32,000 nucleotides of DNA from Candidatus Baldrarchaeota archaeon (GTDB lineage Archaea; Asgardarchaeota; Baldrarchaeia; Baldrarchaeales; DXJG01). This document shows, piece after piece, positions 8,050 through 16,280 of this stretch. Within the stretch, counting starts at the first letter, position 1; the number at the start of each line of letters is the position of its first letter. The position numbers and the translations under genes were made by a program. The notes beneath the pieces were generated by a model. It made no database searches. It worked only from the letters and a program-made list of their open reading frames with translations, and had not been told where the DNA came from. The stretch lies in NCBI GenBank assembly GCA_019056805.1, contig DXJG01000002.1:313103-345102 (forward strand). Reading direction: 5' to 3'.

Positions 8050-11000
8050 ATTTTTTCGCCTCCTCTAATGTCAATTCTATAACTTTGCTAAGTCCGTTTC
8101 TTCCAGTCACTCCAATTAACTTATCAGCCTCAGACATTGTTACGTCGCGAAGAGTTACTACTATGAATTGTGATCTGTTAGCCATTTCCCTTATCAACTT
8201 TGCAACCTTTTTAGCATTAGCATCATCAAGCGCAGCATCAATTTCATCAAGAATATAGAAAAACGAAGGTCTAACATGTTGAATAGCAAAAATCAAACTC
8301 AATGCTGTAAGAGTTTTTTCTCCTCCACTCATAACCTCAATAGATTTTAACTTTTTCCCTGGAGGCCTTGCAAATATTTTCACTCCACCTTGAAACGGGT
8401 CTTCAGGATTTTCTAAAACTAAACTTGCCTCACCTCCACCAGACAAAGTACTAAATATATCCCTGAAACTTCTCGACACTTTATCAAAAGTATTCATAAA
8501 AACTCTTTTCTTTTCCACCTCAATTTTCTGTAAATGTTCCTCTAAGGCAACTTTTTCACTTCTAACCTCCTCAAACATTTGTTTGAGCTTTTCATATCTC
8601 TTTCTTACTTCTTTAAATTGCTCTATGGCTTTCATATTTACTGGTTCAAGCTGTCTTCTCTTATTCTTTAACTCTTCGATTTCTCTTTCTAAACTATAAG
8701 GATCCATTATTCTTACAGTCTCGGGCAAATCTTTCTTTCTCTCTTCAAGCTCTTTTTCAAGTGAACGTAAATCATCTTTGGCTTTTTCAAGTTTAATAAT
8801 TATTTGAGTAATCTCGTTTCTCAGTTTTTCCAAATCTTCCTTTATAAATTCGTAGTCGCGTCTCTTTTCTTTTAAAGTTTCTCTCAACTTTTCTACTTCA
8901 TTTTTTAAATCTTTTATTTCGTCAAGGACTTTTCTTTCAAGCTTAGACAAGTTCTTTACTTCTTCTTCTTCATATATTGCTATTTCTTCACCCAACTTCT
9001 TAATTCGGTCTTCTAAACTCTTTATTTCTTCTTCTGAGCGACATATTTCTTCTTTTAATTCCTTTTCTCTTTCAACTAATTGGTTTAACCTACCTCTCTT
9101 ACTTGCTAAATCGTAATTTATCTCTTCTAATTTCTTTCTAACTATTTCTACCTCTTCTTCTTTCTGCTTAATTTTTTGTTGAAACTTTTTTGCTTTTATT
9201 TTCTCTAGCAACACAGTAAGTTCCATCTCAACTTTCTGCTTCTCTCTTACTTCTACTTCAATATTTCTTATTTTAGATCTTACTTCTGAAAGTTCTTTCC
9301 TTTTTTGTTCTATTAATTTGATTTTTTGTTCAATCTTCTGCTGTTGTTCCTCCAATTTCCTTGTTATGTTCTCTATTTTTATATGTAACTTGTCTAGCTC
9401 CTTATGTTTTTCATTTAATGCATCAAATACCTTCTTTCTCTCTTCCCTAAGAGTATCTAAATCTTCAAAAAGCCTTTTCCTAAGTTCTTCCATTTCTCTT
9501 TTCCTGGCTTCTAATTCAGTAAGCACACTTTCAAGTTTATTTGCCTCCGCCTCTAAATTAAAAATTGACACTTTTTCCCTTCTAGTAAATCCTCCACGAA
9601 TTACTCCCGAAGCCTCTATCACATCACCTTCAAGCGTAACTATCTTTACTCTTCGTTTTCTCGCCACTTTTCTTGCCACATCAAGATCCTTAACTATAAC
9701 GGTTCGACCTAAAAGATACTCAAAAGCAGGTCTACACTGAGGAGGAAACTCAACAAGATCAACAGCTATATCTAAAACATCTTTCTCATCGAACTCATCA
9801 ATGAATATTCTTTTAGGCCTAAGAAGATTCAAAGGGAGGAAAGAAGCTCTTCCGAGTTTTTTCTCCTTTAGGAATTTGATACATTCAGCAGCTACTTGGT
9901 CATTTTCAACAATTATATAGTTGACTTGATTTCCCAAAGCTGCATTAATAGCTAAGAGAAATTTTTCATCAACATTTAGAAGTTCCCCAACGGTCCCGAT
10001 TATACCAGAAATTTCACCACGGTCCCTTAATTCAAGTATTTTCCTTATTGCAACGTACTGTGCAGATTCTCTTAAAGCTTCAAGTTGGCCCTCTATACGC
10101 TTTAACTTTCCTCTTAACTCATTATATTCTAAAAAGATCGCTTTTAGTTTCCTATCAACTTCTTCGATTACTTTTCTTTTTTCTTCAACTTTTCTCTGAA
10201 TTTCTGCATTATTCTTTCTCATTTCATTTATTTCAAACCCTAAACGATCTTCTTCCGATCGCATAGACTTTAATTTCGCCTCAAACTGCTCTTGCATTTT
10301 CTTAAAAGAACTTATTTCCTCTTCTAAATTAGCAATTTCATCTAACAAGAATTTTTCCTCGGTTCTAAGGGAAGAAAGAGTAGATTGAAGCTTTGAAAGT
10401 TCCTCTTTAATCATTTTTAATTTAAATATGGCATCTAAGCCAGCTTTAGAAGCTTCCTCTCGAACATCTTCAAGTTCTCTTAACTTTTCTTTCAAAACGT
10501 TCTCTGTTTTTTCCTTTTCTTTTTCAAGTGTTCCTATCTCTTTTTCCAATGCAACGATATTCCTCGAAGTATCCTTAAGTTTTTTAAACAAATCTTCTTT
10601 TTTACTAAGCGTATCTCTCAGTTTTTCTTCAAGCATTTTTAAAGAAGATTTCTTACCTCTTAACTCTGCTCTAAGATTAGATAATTTTTCCTTAACGTTT
10701 CCAAGTCTTTCAGAAATATATTGTTCAACAATTCCACGTTTAGCTTCAAACTCTTCTTCTAAACTCCTGATTTCAGCCAATAACGCCTTTTCTTTTTCCT
10801 GCACCTCAGATAAGTTTCCTTCAACCATCTTTTTCATATGAAATAATTGCTCTACCTCATCCAACTTTATAGCATGCCTACTATAGGTAAGAAGAGCTTC
10901 TTTTTGCTTTATATCTTCGCCTAAGGCAATATAGTATAGAGCTGTTTCCCGTTCTTCCTTAACTCTTTCAAACTCTCTCTGAACCTCTGCAATAAGTAAC

Positions 11001-11581
11001 TTAACTCTTTCAAACTTTTCCGATATTTCCCTAAGCTCTTGTTCTGTTTTCAATTTCTCCTCTTCAAAAACAGAGACTTCGGAAACCTCTTCCAAAAGCT
11101 GCCTTACTTCTGTAGGACTCATAGTAGCAAACTTAGTTACCTCACCTTGAAAAATGAAATTATAACCTCCAGGAGAAAATCTTAAACTATCTAAAAGCCC
11201 CAAAAGCTCAACACGTGTAGCTCTCCTACCATTAATCCTATAAATAGTACCTCCTTTCTTTCTCACAATCCTCGTAATAGAAATTTCCTCACCACCGAGG
11301 GGAAGCTTACCATCAGAATTATCCAAAATTAAAGTAACACGAGCCATATCAGCAGGTTTCTCTTTTTTAGTACCGACAAAAATTAAATCACTAAGACTTC
11401 TAGCTCTCATTCTCTTAGCGGAAATGTCTCCCAAAACAAAAGACAAGGCATCAATCACATTACTTTTACCAGCACCATTAGGACCAACAATAACATTAAA
11501 TCTCGGGCTAAAACTAATACTCACTTTCCTATTTCCAAAACTTTTGAAACCATAAAGCTCGATACGCTTAATATAAACCAA
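8039..11581 (-). CDS. smc: Chromosome segregation protein SMC
   Basis: 1180 aa. GFKSF, Walker A GPNGAGKSN, Q-loop FIFQG, long coiled coils, hinge (GIIGTVGEL...GRASFLPL...VTLEGD...GVIRGG), signature MSGGEKT, Walker B/D-loop ILDEIDAALD; TTG start. Confidence 0.97.
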   Translation of the reverse strand: MVYIKRIELYGFKSFGNRKVSISFSPRFNVIVGPNGAGKSNVIDALSFVLGDISAKRMRARSLSDLIFVGTKKEKPADMARVTLILDNSDGKLPLGGEEISITRIVRKKGGTIYRINGRRATRVELLGLLDSLRFSPGGYNFIFQGEVTKFATMSPTEVRQLLEEVSEVSVFEEEKLKTEQELREISEKFERVKLLIAEVQREFERVKEERETALYYIALGEDIKQKEALLTYSRHAIKLDEVEQLFHMKKMVEGNLSEVQEKEKALLAEIRSLEEEFEAKRGIVEQYISERLGNVKEKLSNLRAELRGKKSSLKMLEEKLRDTLSKKEDLFKKLKDTSRNIVALEKEIGTLEKEKEKTENVLKEKLRELEDVREEASKAGLDAIFKLKMIKEELSKLQSTLSSLRTEEKFLLDEIANLEEEISSFKKMQEQFEAKLKSMRSEEDRLGFEINEMRKNNAEIQRKVEEKRKVIEEVDRKLKAIFLEYNELRGKLKRIEGQLEALRESAQYVAIRKILELRDRGEISGIIGTVGELLNVDEKFLLAINAALGNQVNYIIVENDQVAAECIKFLKEKKLGRASFLPLNLLRPKRIFIDEFDEKDVLDIAVDLVEFPPQCRPAFEYLLGRTVIVKDLDVARKVARKRRVKIVTLEGDVIEASGVIRGGFTRREKVSIFNLEAEANKLESVLTELEARKREMEELRKRLFEDLDTLREERKKVFDALNEKHKELDKLHIKIENITRKLEEQQQKIEQKIKLIEQKRKELSEVRSKIRNIEVEVREKQKVEMELTVLLEKIKAKKFQQKIKQKEEEVEIVRKKLEEINYDLASKRGRLNQLVEREKELKEEICRSEEEIKSLEDRIKKLGEEIAIYEEEEVKNLSKLERKVLDEIKDLKNEVEKLRETLKEKRRDYEFIKEDLEKLRNEITQIIIKLEKAKDDLRSLEKELEERKKDLPETVRIMDPYSLEREIEELKNKRRQLEPVNMKAIEQFKEVRKRYEKLKQMFEEVRSEKVALEEHLQKIEVEKKRVFMNTFDKVSRSFRDIFSTLSGGGEASLVLENPEDPFQGGVKIFARPPGKKLKSIEVMSGGEKTLTALSLIFAIQHVRPSFFYILDEIDAALDDANAKKVAKLIREMANRSQFIVVTLRDVTMSEADKLIGVTGRNGLSKVIELTLEEAKKYGQ

Positions 11582-11844
11582 CGATAACCCCCGACCTATT
11601 ACACATCAAAAACTCCAAAACAAATAAAAATCATTTGGTAAACCCAACATAATACCACCACATACATACAAGAATCTGACCTGCTTCCTTCGCGCTTTCT
11701 CTCTAATAGATGATAAGAAAAAGCGTCTCACACAGTTCATAGTTTTACTGAAACATAATTAAGAAAATTTTTCCGTAACATAAGAATCGAATTGCATCCA
11801 TTTAAAGAAAACTATTGGACTCATGTGCTCAAAAGAATTTGAAA

Positions 11845-11948
11845 TGGTAGCCCGGCCCGGATTCGAACCGGGGTCTCCCGTACACATTGAATTGATGTGT
11901 ATCTCGGGGTCCAGAGCCCCGAAGGCTTGACCGCTACCCCACCGGGCT
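11845..11948 (-). tRNA. tRNA-Gln(CTG) with encoded CCA and a 28-nt non-canonical intron (11875-11902) at position 45/46
   Basis: Minus strand reads AGCCCGG TG GGGT AGCGGTCAA GCCT T CGGGG CT-CTG-GA CCCCG AG[ATACACATCAATTCAATGTGTACGGGAG]AC CCCGG TTCGAAT CCGGG CCGGGCT A CCA. Removing the bracket gives a 76-nt cloverleaf with the A1-U72 pair typical of archaeal tRNA-Gln. Confidence 0.93.
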
Positions 11949-12249
11949 TCACAGGTTTCTAAATGTTTTATTTGTTTGCGTTATTTATTTTTTATGTTTT
12001 TATTAGGTTTATTTGCGGATTGTTTAAATATGTATAGTATTGGTAGTGGTTTTTTGTAGTGCAGTTTTGGCACAGAGTCGTTATGTTTATTGTGTTTTGT
12101 TTTATTTGGCTATGTTAAAAGGTTGTATGTTTTATCATTTGAATTTTGGAGTTTTCCTTTCAGAGTAGGGAAAATTCACGCTTTTTATTATTGTTCTTCT
12201 TGACTTCATTTTTGCTTGTTTTATTTTTTAAGAGGAGGATTGATAAGTC

Positions 12250-12298
12250 GTAAGTTTATTAAGGGTTCTTGCCTGTTAGGGTAGTGGTAAGTTTATTA
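12250..12298 (+). promoter_or_regulatory. Putative dtdA promoter region with a 12-bp direct repeat
   Basis: GTAAGTTTATTA at 12250-12261 and 12287-12298; the first copy forms a BRE/TATA-like AAG-TTTATTAA. Confidence 0.3.
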
Positions 12299-12309
12299 GA
12301 GGGATTAAA

Positions 12310-13146
12310 ATGCCAGTTATCGTAACGTCTGAGAAAGATATGGCTAGTCTTAATATTAAGAATAGGCTTTTAGAACTTTATGATTTCACGGAAACTGGGG
12401 ATTTTTTTGAGAATTCTCCAATTTATAAGTTTGCTGATATTCTTCTTATAACTACGGTTAAGGATTTAATTTATGCTGATCACTTAGAAGAAAATATTAA
12501 GGCTGATTTGTTCGTTTTTGCTAGTCGTCACAAGTCTGTTTCAGGGACTCCCGCTCTATTGGTACATTCACCTGGTAATTGGACTGATGAAGCTCTTTAC
12601 GGTGGAAATCCAAGAGAACTTTCAGTAGCCCCTCCCCAAGCTATTAAGGAAGCTTTAATCGAATTAGCGAATCAAAAGGAAAAACTTGATTTAAACAAGT
12701 ATGATGTCACGTTAGAAGTTACTCATCACGGACCAACTTCTATGAATACACCTCTTGTTTTTGTTGAGCTTGGTAGCAGCGAGAGGGAGTGGAAGGATCC
12801 GGTTGCTGCTGAGGCTGTTGCCCATGCATGTATTAAAGCCGCAAAGTCTTTAGATAAGATGTATAAGATTGGGGTTGGTTTTGGTGGTCCACATTATGCT
12901 CCTCAATTTACAAAGGTTGTTTTGTTTTCAGAGTTTGCAGTTGGACATATAATTCCAAATCACGTTTTCGATAAAATTGATAGGGATATGGTGGTCAAAG
13001 CCGTTGAAAGAACGAGCGGTGAGGTAGAATATGCTCTTTTAGATTGGAAAGGACTGAAGAAAAATCATAAGGACTTTCTTATTCCTATACTTGAGGAGTT
13101 AGGTTTGAAAATAGAAAGAACTCAAAGAATTAAAGGAAGAAAATAA
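12310..13146 (+). CDS. dtdA: D-aminoacyl-tRNA deacylase, archaeal type (DtdA/GEK1)
   Basis: FASRHKS..GTPALLVHSPGN, TLEVTHHGPT, FVELGSSEREW and GFGGPHYAP motifs. Confidence 0.93.
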   Translation: MPVIVTSEKDMASLNIKNRLLELYDFTETGDFFENSPIYKFADILLITTVKDLIYADHLEENIKADLFVFASRHKSVSGTPALLVHSPGNWTDEALYGGNPRELSVAPPQAIKEALIELANQKEKLDLNKYDVTLEVTHHGPTSMNTPLVFVELGSSEREWKDPVAAEAVAHACIKAAKSLDKMYKIGVGFGGPHYAPQFTKVVLFSEFAVGHIIPNHVFDKIDRDMVVKAVERTSGEVEYALLDWKGLKKNHKDFLIPILEELGLKIERTQRIKGRK

Positions 13147-14304
13147 CTATTTTATTTCATTACACTTTAAAGTTTTCACTAAGTTTACTAGTTCCTCTAT
13201 TTCTTGTTTAGTATTGTAGAAGTGTGGTGATACTCTTATTGCATTCAATCTAAGCGATACTACAATGTTATTTTTTAGAAGGTTATCGTACATTTCCTTG
13301 ACGTTTTTACAAGTAAAGGATACGATTGCCGTTTGGGGCTTATCTTCTTCAAGAGGAGTTACTATCCTTACATCTAGATTTTGAAGCTGTTCTACCAAAT
13401 ACTCTGCTAGTTCTAAATCTTTCTTTTCGATACGTTTTATCCCTATTTTGTGGATGTATTTTAGCGATTCCAAAAGGCCTTGTATTCCTATAAAGCTTGG
13501 TGATCCTACTTCAAACCTCCTGGCTGTATCAGCTAATTTAAACCACCTATAACCATAGTTGTCGGGGTCTTCGTCACTTCTCCACCCGACATATGCTACA
13601 TCTATCTCATCTATGAGTTCCTTACGAACGTATAGAAATCCTGTTCCAATTGGAGAAATCAGCCATTTAGCGCAGGCACATGCAAGAAAATCTACGTCCA
13701 TTTTCTTTACATCGATGTCTAGCATTCCTACACCTTGTATACCATCTACAACAAGATATGCACCATGTGCATGTGCAGTTTCAGCTAAAGCTTTAAGATC
13801 ATGTTTAAAACCATTTTGAAATTCAATCCAGGAAACAGCAACAACTCTTGTTTTTTCATTAATCTGTTTTTCATATTCCTCCAGTGGTACTTTTCCACCG
13901 ATGCTTTTAGTTATTCTTATTTCTAAATTATGTTTTTTCGCTTGGTTTTGCCATGGAAATATGTTTGCTGGAAACTCTAGATCATTCAGCACGATGTTTT
14001 CTCCTCTCTTCCATTTTATACCATTTGCTACGATGTTTAACCCTTCGCTTGTATTAGATGTGATTGCTATTTCTTCTTTCTTAGCTCCTATGAGCTCAGC
14101 TATCAATTTCTTTACTTGTTCAAGCTTTTCTTCCCATTCCCTCCAGTAAATGTTACCGTACATTCTTTCTTCGTCTAAATATCTTTTCATAGCTTCTATT
14201 GTCTGTTTGGGAAGTAAACCTACTGAGGCAGTATTCAAATAATTATATTTCTTGATTGCTGAGAAGTCCTTTCTTACCTCATCTATCTTGGAAACTATTG
14301 CCAA
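13147..14304 (-). CDS. Class V PLP-dependent aminotransferase (cysteine desulfurase-like fold, no catalytic Cys loop seen)
   Basis: YLNTASVG, NTSEG, EFPAN, VVDGIQ, PLP lysine in ACAKWL and RVSPHFYN; TTG start with SD GGGAGG. Confidence 0.88.
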   Translation of the reverse strand: MAIVSKIDEVRKDFSAIKKYNYLNTASVGLLPKQTIEAMKRYLDEERMYGNIYWREWEEKLEQVKKLIAELIGAKKEEIAITSNTSEGLNIVANGIKWKRGENIVLNDLEFPANIFPWQNQAKKHNLEIRITKSIGGKVPLEEYEKQINEKTRVVAVSWIEFQNGFKHDLKALAETAHAHGAYLVVDGIQGVGMLDIDVKKMDVDFLACACAKWLISPIGTGFLYVRKELIDEIDVAYVGWRSDEDPDNYGYRWFKLADTARRFEVGSPSFIGIQGLLESLKYIHKIGIKRIEKKDLELAEYLVEQLQNLDVRIVTPLEEDKPQTAIVSFTCKNVKEMYDNLLKNNIVVSLRLNAIRVSPHFYNTKQEIEELVNLVKTLKCNEIK

Positions 14305-14509
14305 AATGTTTTCCTCCCATTGTTTGATCGGTTATAACTTAGACACGATACTTTAACTTTCTTATCATAATCCTAACTATGGAATTTTCTTTCTTTTTAG
14401 ACTTTTTAAAATTCGGATATTGCTTTTGGCATGTTTACTATTGTTTTTAAATTTAAAGAAAATTGTATGTAATTTGTGTAATAAAACCCCAGAGAGTTTA
14501 AGTTTCAAG

Positions 14510-15163
14510 TCAAATAATTCTTTCTCCTATCTTTATGCCATCCTTAGTAATCTTTAGTTCGTAGAAGTCTGTATGAGGAGCTAAGGGATTTTTCTTTACT
14601 CTTATTCCTCTTTCTATTTTCAGCCATTTAAGTAATTCCTCTATCTCAATGACTACATCCGATTGTTCTTCAAACATCGCAAGAGCCCTTGGTTTAGAAA
14701 GCTTCTTATCTATGGTAAATATCCCAGTGACTTCCTCTTTCTTCAAAATATTAACAACGTCCAAGAAAAAATTATAGATTTTTTGAGAACCATGTAAAAT
14801 TAAAAGAGGTTGAAGTATCTCTATGCTACCAAGCTTGTTCTTCTTTGCTTCCTGCCTGATAGCGAAGCTTATCGTATAGAGTTTATAGAGGTCAACGGTC
14901 TTATATCCCAATTCCGTAGATGTTATAATTGTAAGTCTGGTTTCATCCTCTACTCCTCTACTTTTTAGAATTTTCTTGATATCTCGCACTCTACTCCTTC
15001 CAAGAATCAAAAAGACGTTTTCTCCACTTTTCAAGGCCTCAGCAACAAAGTTCGTTGCTATTTCTTCACCAAGTTCACCTATAGTTTCGATTAAAACGAT
15101 CCTTCCTTCCTCAACACCACCGCCAAGTAACTCGTCTAACTTTGAAATACCAGACGAGAACAT
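14510..15163 (-). CDS. KaiC/RAD55-like RecA-superfamily protein with degenerate P-loop (probably inactive)
   Basis: FSSGISKLDELLGGGVEEG N-terminus typical of KaiC-like proteins, but Walker A reads ETIGELGE (no GKT/S); D..IE and RVKK C-terminal remnants. Confidence 0.75.
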   Translation of the reverse strand: MFSSGISKLDELLGGGVEEGRIVLIETIGELGEEIATNFVAEALKSGENVFLILGRSRVRDIKKILKSRGVEDETRLTIITSTELGYKTVDLYKLYTISFAIRQEAKKNKLGSIEILQPLLILHGSQKIYNFFLDVVNILKKEEVTGIFTIDKKLSKPRALAMFEEQSDVVIEIEELLKWLKIERGIRVKKNPLAPHTDFYELKITKDGIKIGERII

Positions 15164-15169
15164 GAGTAA

Positions 15170-15868
15170 TCACGTGAACAACCTTTCTTCACTATAAACT
15201 TCTATACCTTGAGACGTTATACGATAAGGTCTTATTTGCTCGTCGAAATCAGAACCCCTAATCTTTCTTATTCTTATACCTCTTATTGTCTTGCCTTGTA
15301 TTTCATAATTTAAGAGCTCGATTATACCGCTTACAAGGAAATCTTCGGCGGATTCTTGAGTCCTTTCTGTTGTTAAAATAACTGTTACATTAAATTTTTT
15401 GAGCATTTGGAAAAATATAAGCAAATTTCTTCTATACTCTATTTCCTTTTCAGCTGCAAGTTCGAGCATGGTGATCGGATCGATTACGACTCTTGAAGGT
15501 TTGATTTGTTCTAATGCTTGCTCTAATGCTGTTCTTAATCCTTGTAGATCTGGTGAAAAATCTCTGAAAAATAGATCACCAAATATCGCTAGCTTACCTG
15601 TAGGAGATGCATCTATTATATGAAAGTTTGGATATTCGTCAAGGTTCATGCCGAGAAGTTTCATATTCTCTTTAATTTCTTCTGTTGGCTCTTCAAGTGT
15701 CACGTAGATTACATTTTCTCCATTTTTTACCCCGGTATATAAGAATTGTATGCTAAATATTGTTTTACCAGCTCCTGGCCCTCCTTTTACCAAATAGATT
15801 CTGTTTGGAATTAGACCGCCTTTAAGCATAGTGTCAAGACCTTTAATACCAGTATGAATTTTCGTTAT
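15170..15868 (-). CDS. KaiC-like (RAD55) ATPase; conserved N-terminus extends upstream of the only ATG
   Basis: Walker A GGPGAGKT, YVTLEEP, Walker B RVVIDP, SGII and RKIRGS. The frame upstream of ATG 15829 stays open and encodes KIHTGIKGLDT; the start at 15868 (ATA) or 15865 (ACG) is inferred. Confidence 0.88.
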   Translation of the reverse strand: MTKIHTGIKGLDTMLKGGLIPNRIYLVKGGPGAGKTIFSIQFLYTGVKNGENVIYVTLEEPTEEIKENMKLLGMNLDEYPNFHIIDASPTGKLAIFGDLFFRDFSPDLQGLRTALEQALEQIKPSRVVIDPITMLELAAEKEIEYRRNLLIFFQMLKKFNVTVILTTERTQESAEDFLVSGIIELLNYEIQGKTIRGIRIRKIRGSDFDEQIRPYRITSQGIEVYSEERLFT

Positions 15869-15888
15869 GAACTCCCCCTTACTTAGGT

Positions 15889-15920
15889 CTCAAAACACCC
15901 TTTTGAGTATTTAAATATAA
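15889..15920 (-). promoter_or_regulatory. Putative promoter and operator of the KaiC-like pair
   Basis: Inverted repeat CTCAAAA-caccc-TTTTGAG (15889-15907) lies directly downstream, on the minus strand, of a TATA-like TTATATTTAAATA (15908-15920). Confidence 0.4.
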
Positions 15921-16280
15921 GGGTCGTTTTCAAGATATATATATTGTGTTTATTACAACAATGAAATGTTACTAAAACACTGATTTGCCATATCACTGCA
16001 GTTGTTATCGTAAAATAAGTAAAAGATATCGTTTTCTCACTCTATCGGAAGTTTTAATCCTAATAAAAATTTTGAATGACCTTTACCATCTTTTTCTTTG
16101 ATCACTGCAATGTCAATAAATCATCTTGACTTTTCCTGGTGGAACTAAATTAAGTGTTAACCGTTTCCACAAGAGTTACTCTGATAATTTATGAATTCAG
16201 GCGAAGAACTATTTTACTCACAATAGTAAGTAGATTTAAAATTATTTGCATTAAGAATAGTGAGGACAAGTTGAGGTGAT

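Noticed and set aside
11709-11753. Possible C/D box sRNA (ATGATAA ... CTGA)
   Set aside because: The C box is imperfect, there are no convincing C'/D' boxes or terminal stem, and I identified no guide target.
11875-11902. Reading the tRNA insertion as a long type-II variable arm (Sec/Ser/Leu-like) or as a suppressor tRNA
   Set aside because: The anticodon is CTG with the A1-U72 Gln identity pair. The insertion forms a helix-bulge splice motif, and its removal leaves a standard 4-nt variable loop.
11582-11948. tRNA 3' end as the attachment site of an integrated element
   Set aside because: No duplicated tRNA 3' fragment, integrase or phage/plasmid genes in the window; the flanks are housekeeping genes.
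11582-12309. Replication origin at the skew inversion near smc and the tRNA
   Set aside because: No cdc6/orc1 gene and no repeated ORB-like elements (G-string inverted repeats) are visible; local skew alone is not enough.
13147-14304. Cysteine desulfurase (IscS/SufS) call
   Set aside because: The catalytic Cys loop (SSGSAC or RSGHHCA) is absent; the region reads SLRLNAIRVSPHFYN.
14510-15868. Circadian clock (KaiABC) system
   Set aside because: These are single-domain KaiC-like proteins with no KaiA/KaiB and no recognisable CII Ser-Thr phosphosites; the superfamily is widespread in archaea without clock function.
15960-16180. Degraded pseudogene on the minus strand (fragment FIDIAVIKEKDGKGHSKFLLGLKLPIE) and a 9-bp repeat ATCACTGCA
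   Set aside because: The fragments are short, broken by stops and match no family I recognise; the repeat is within chance expectation.
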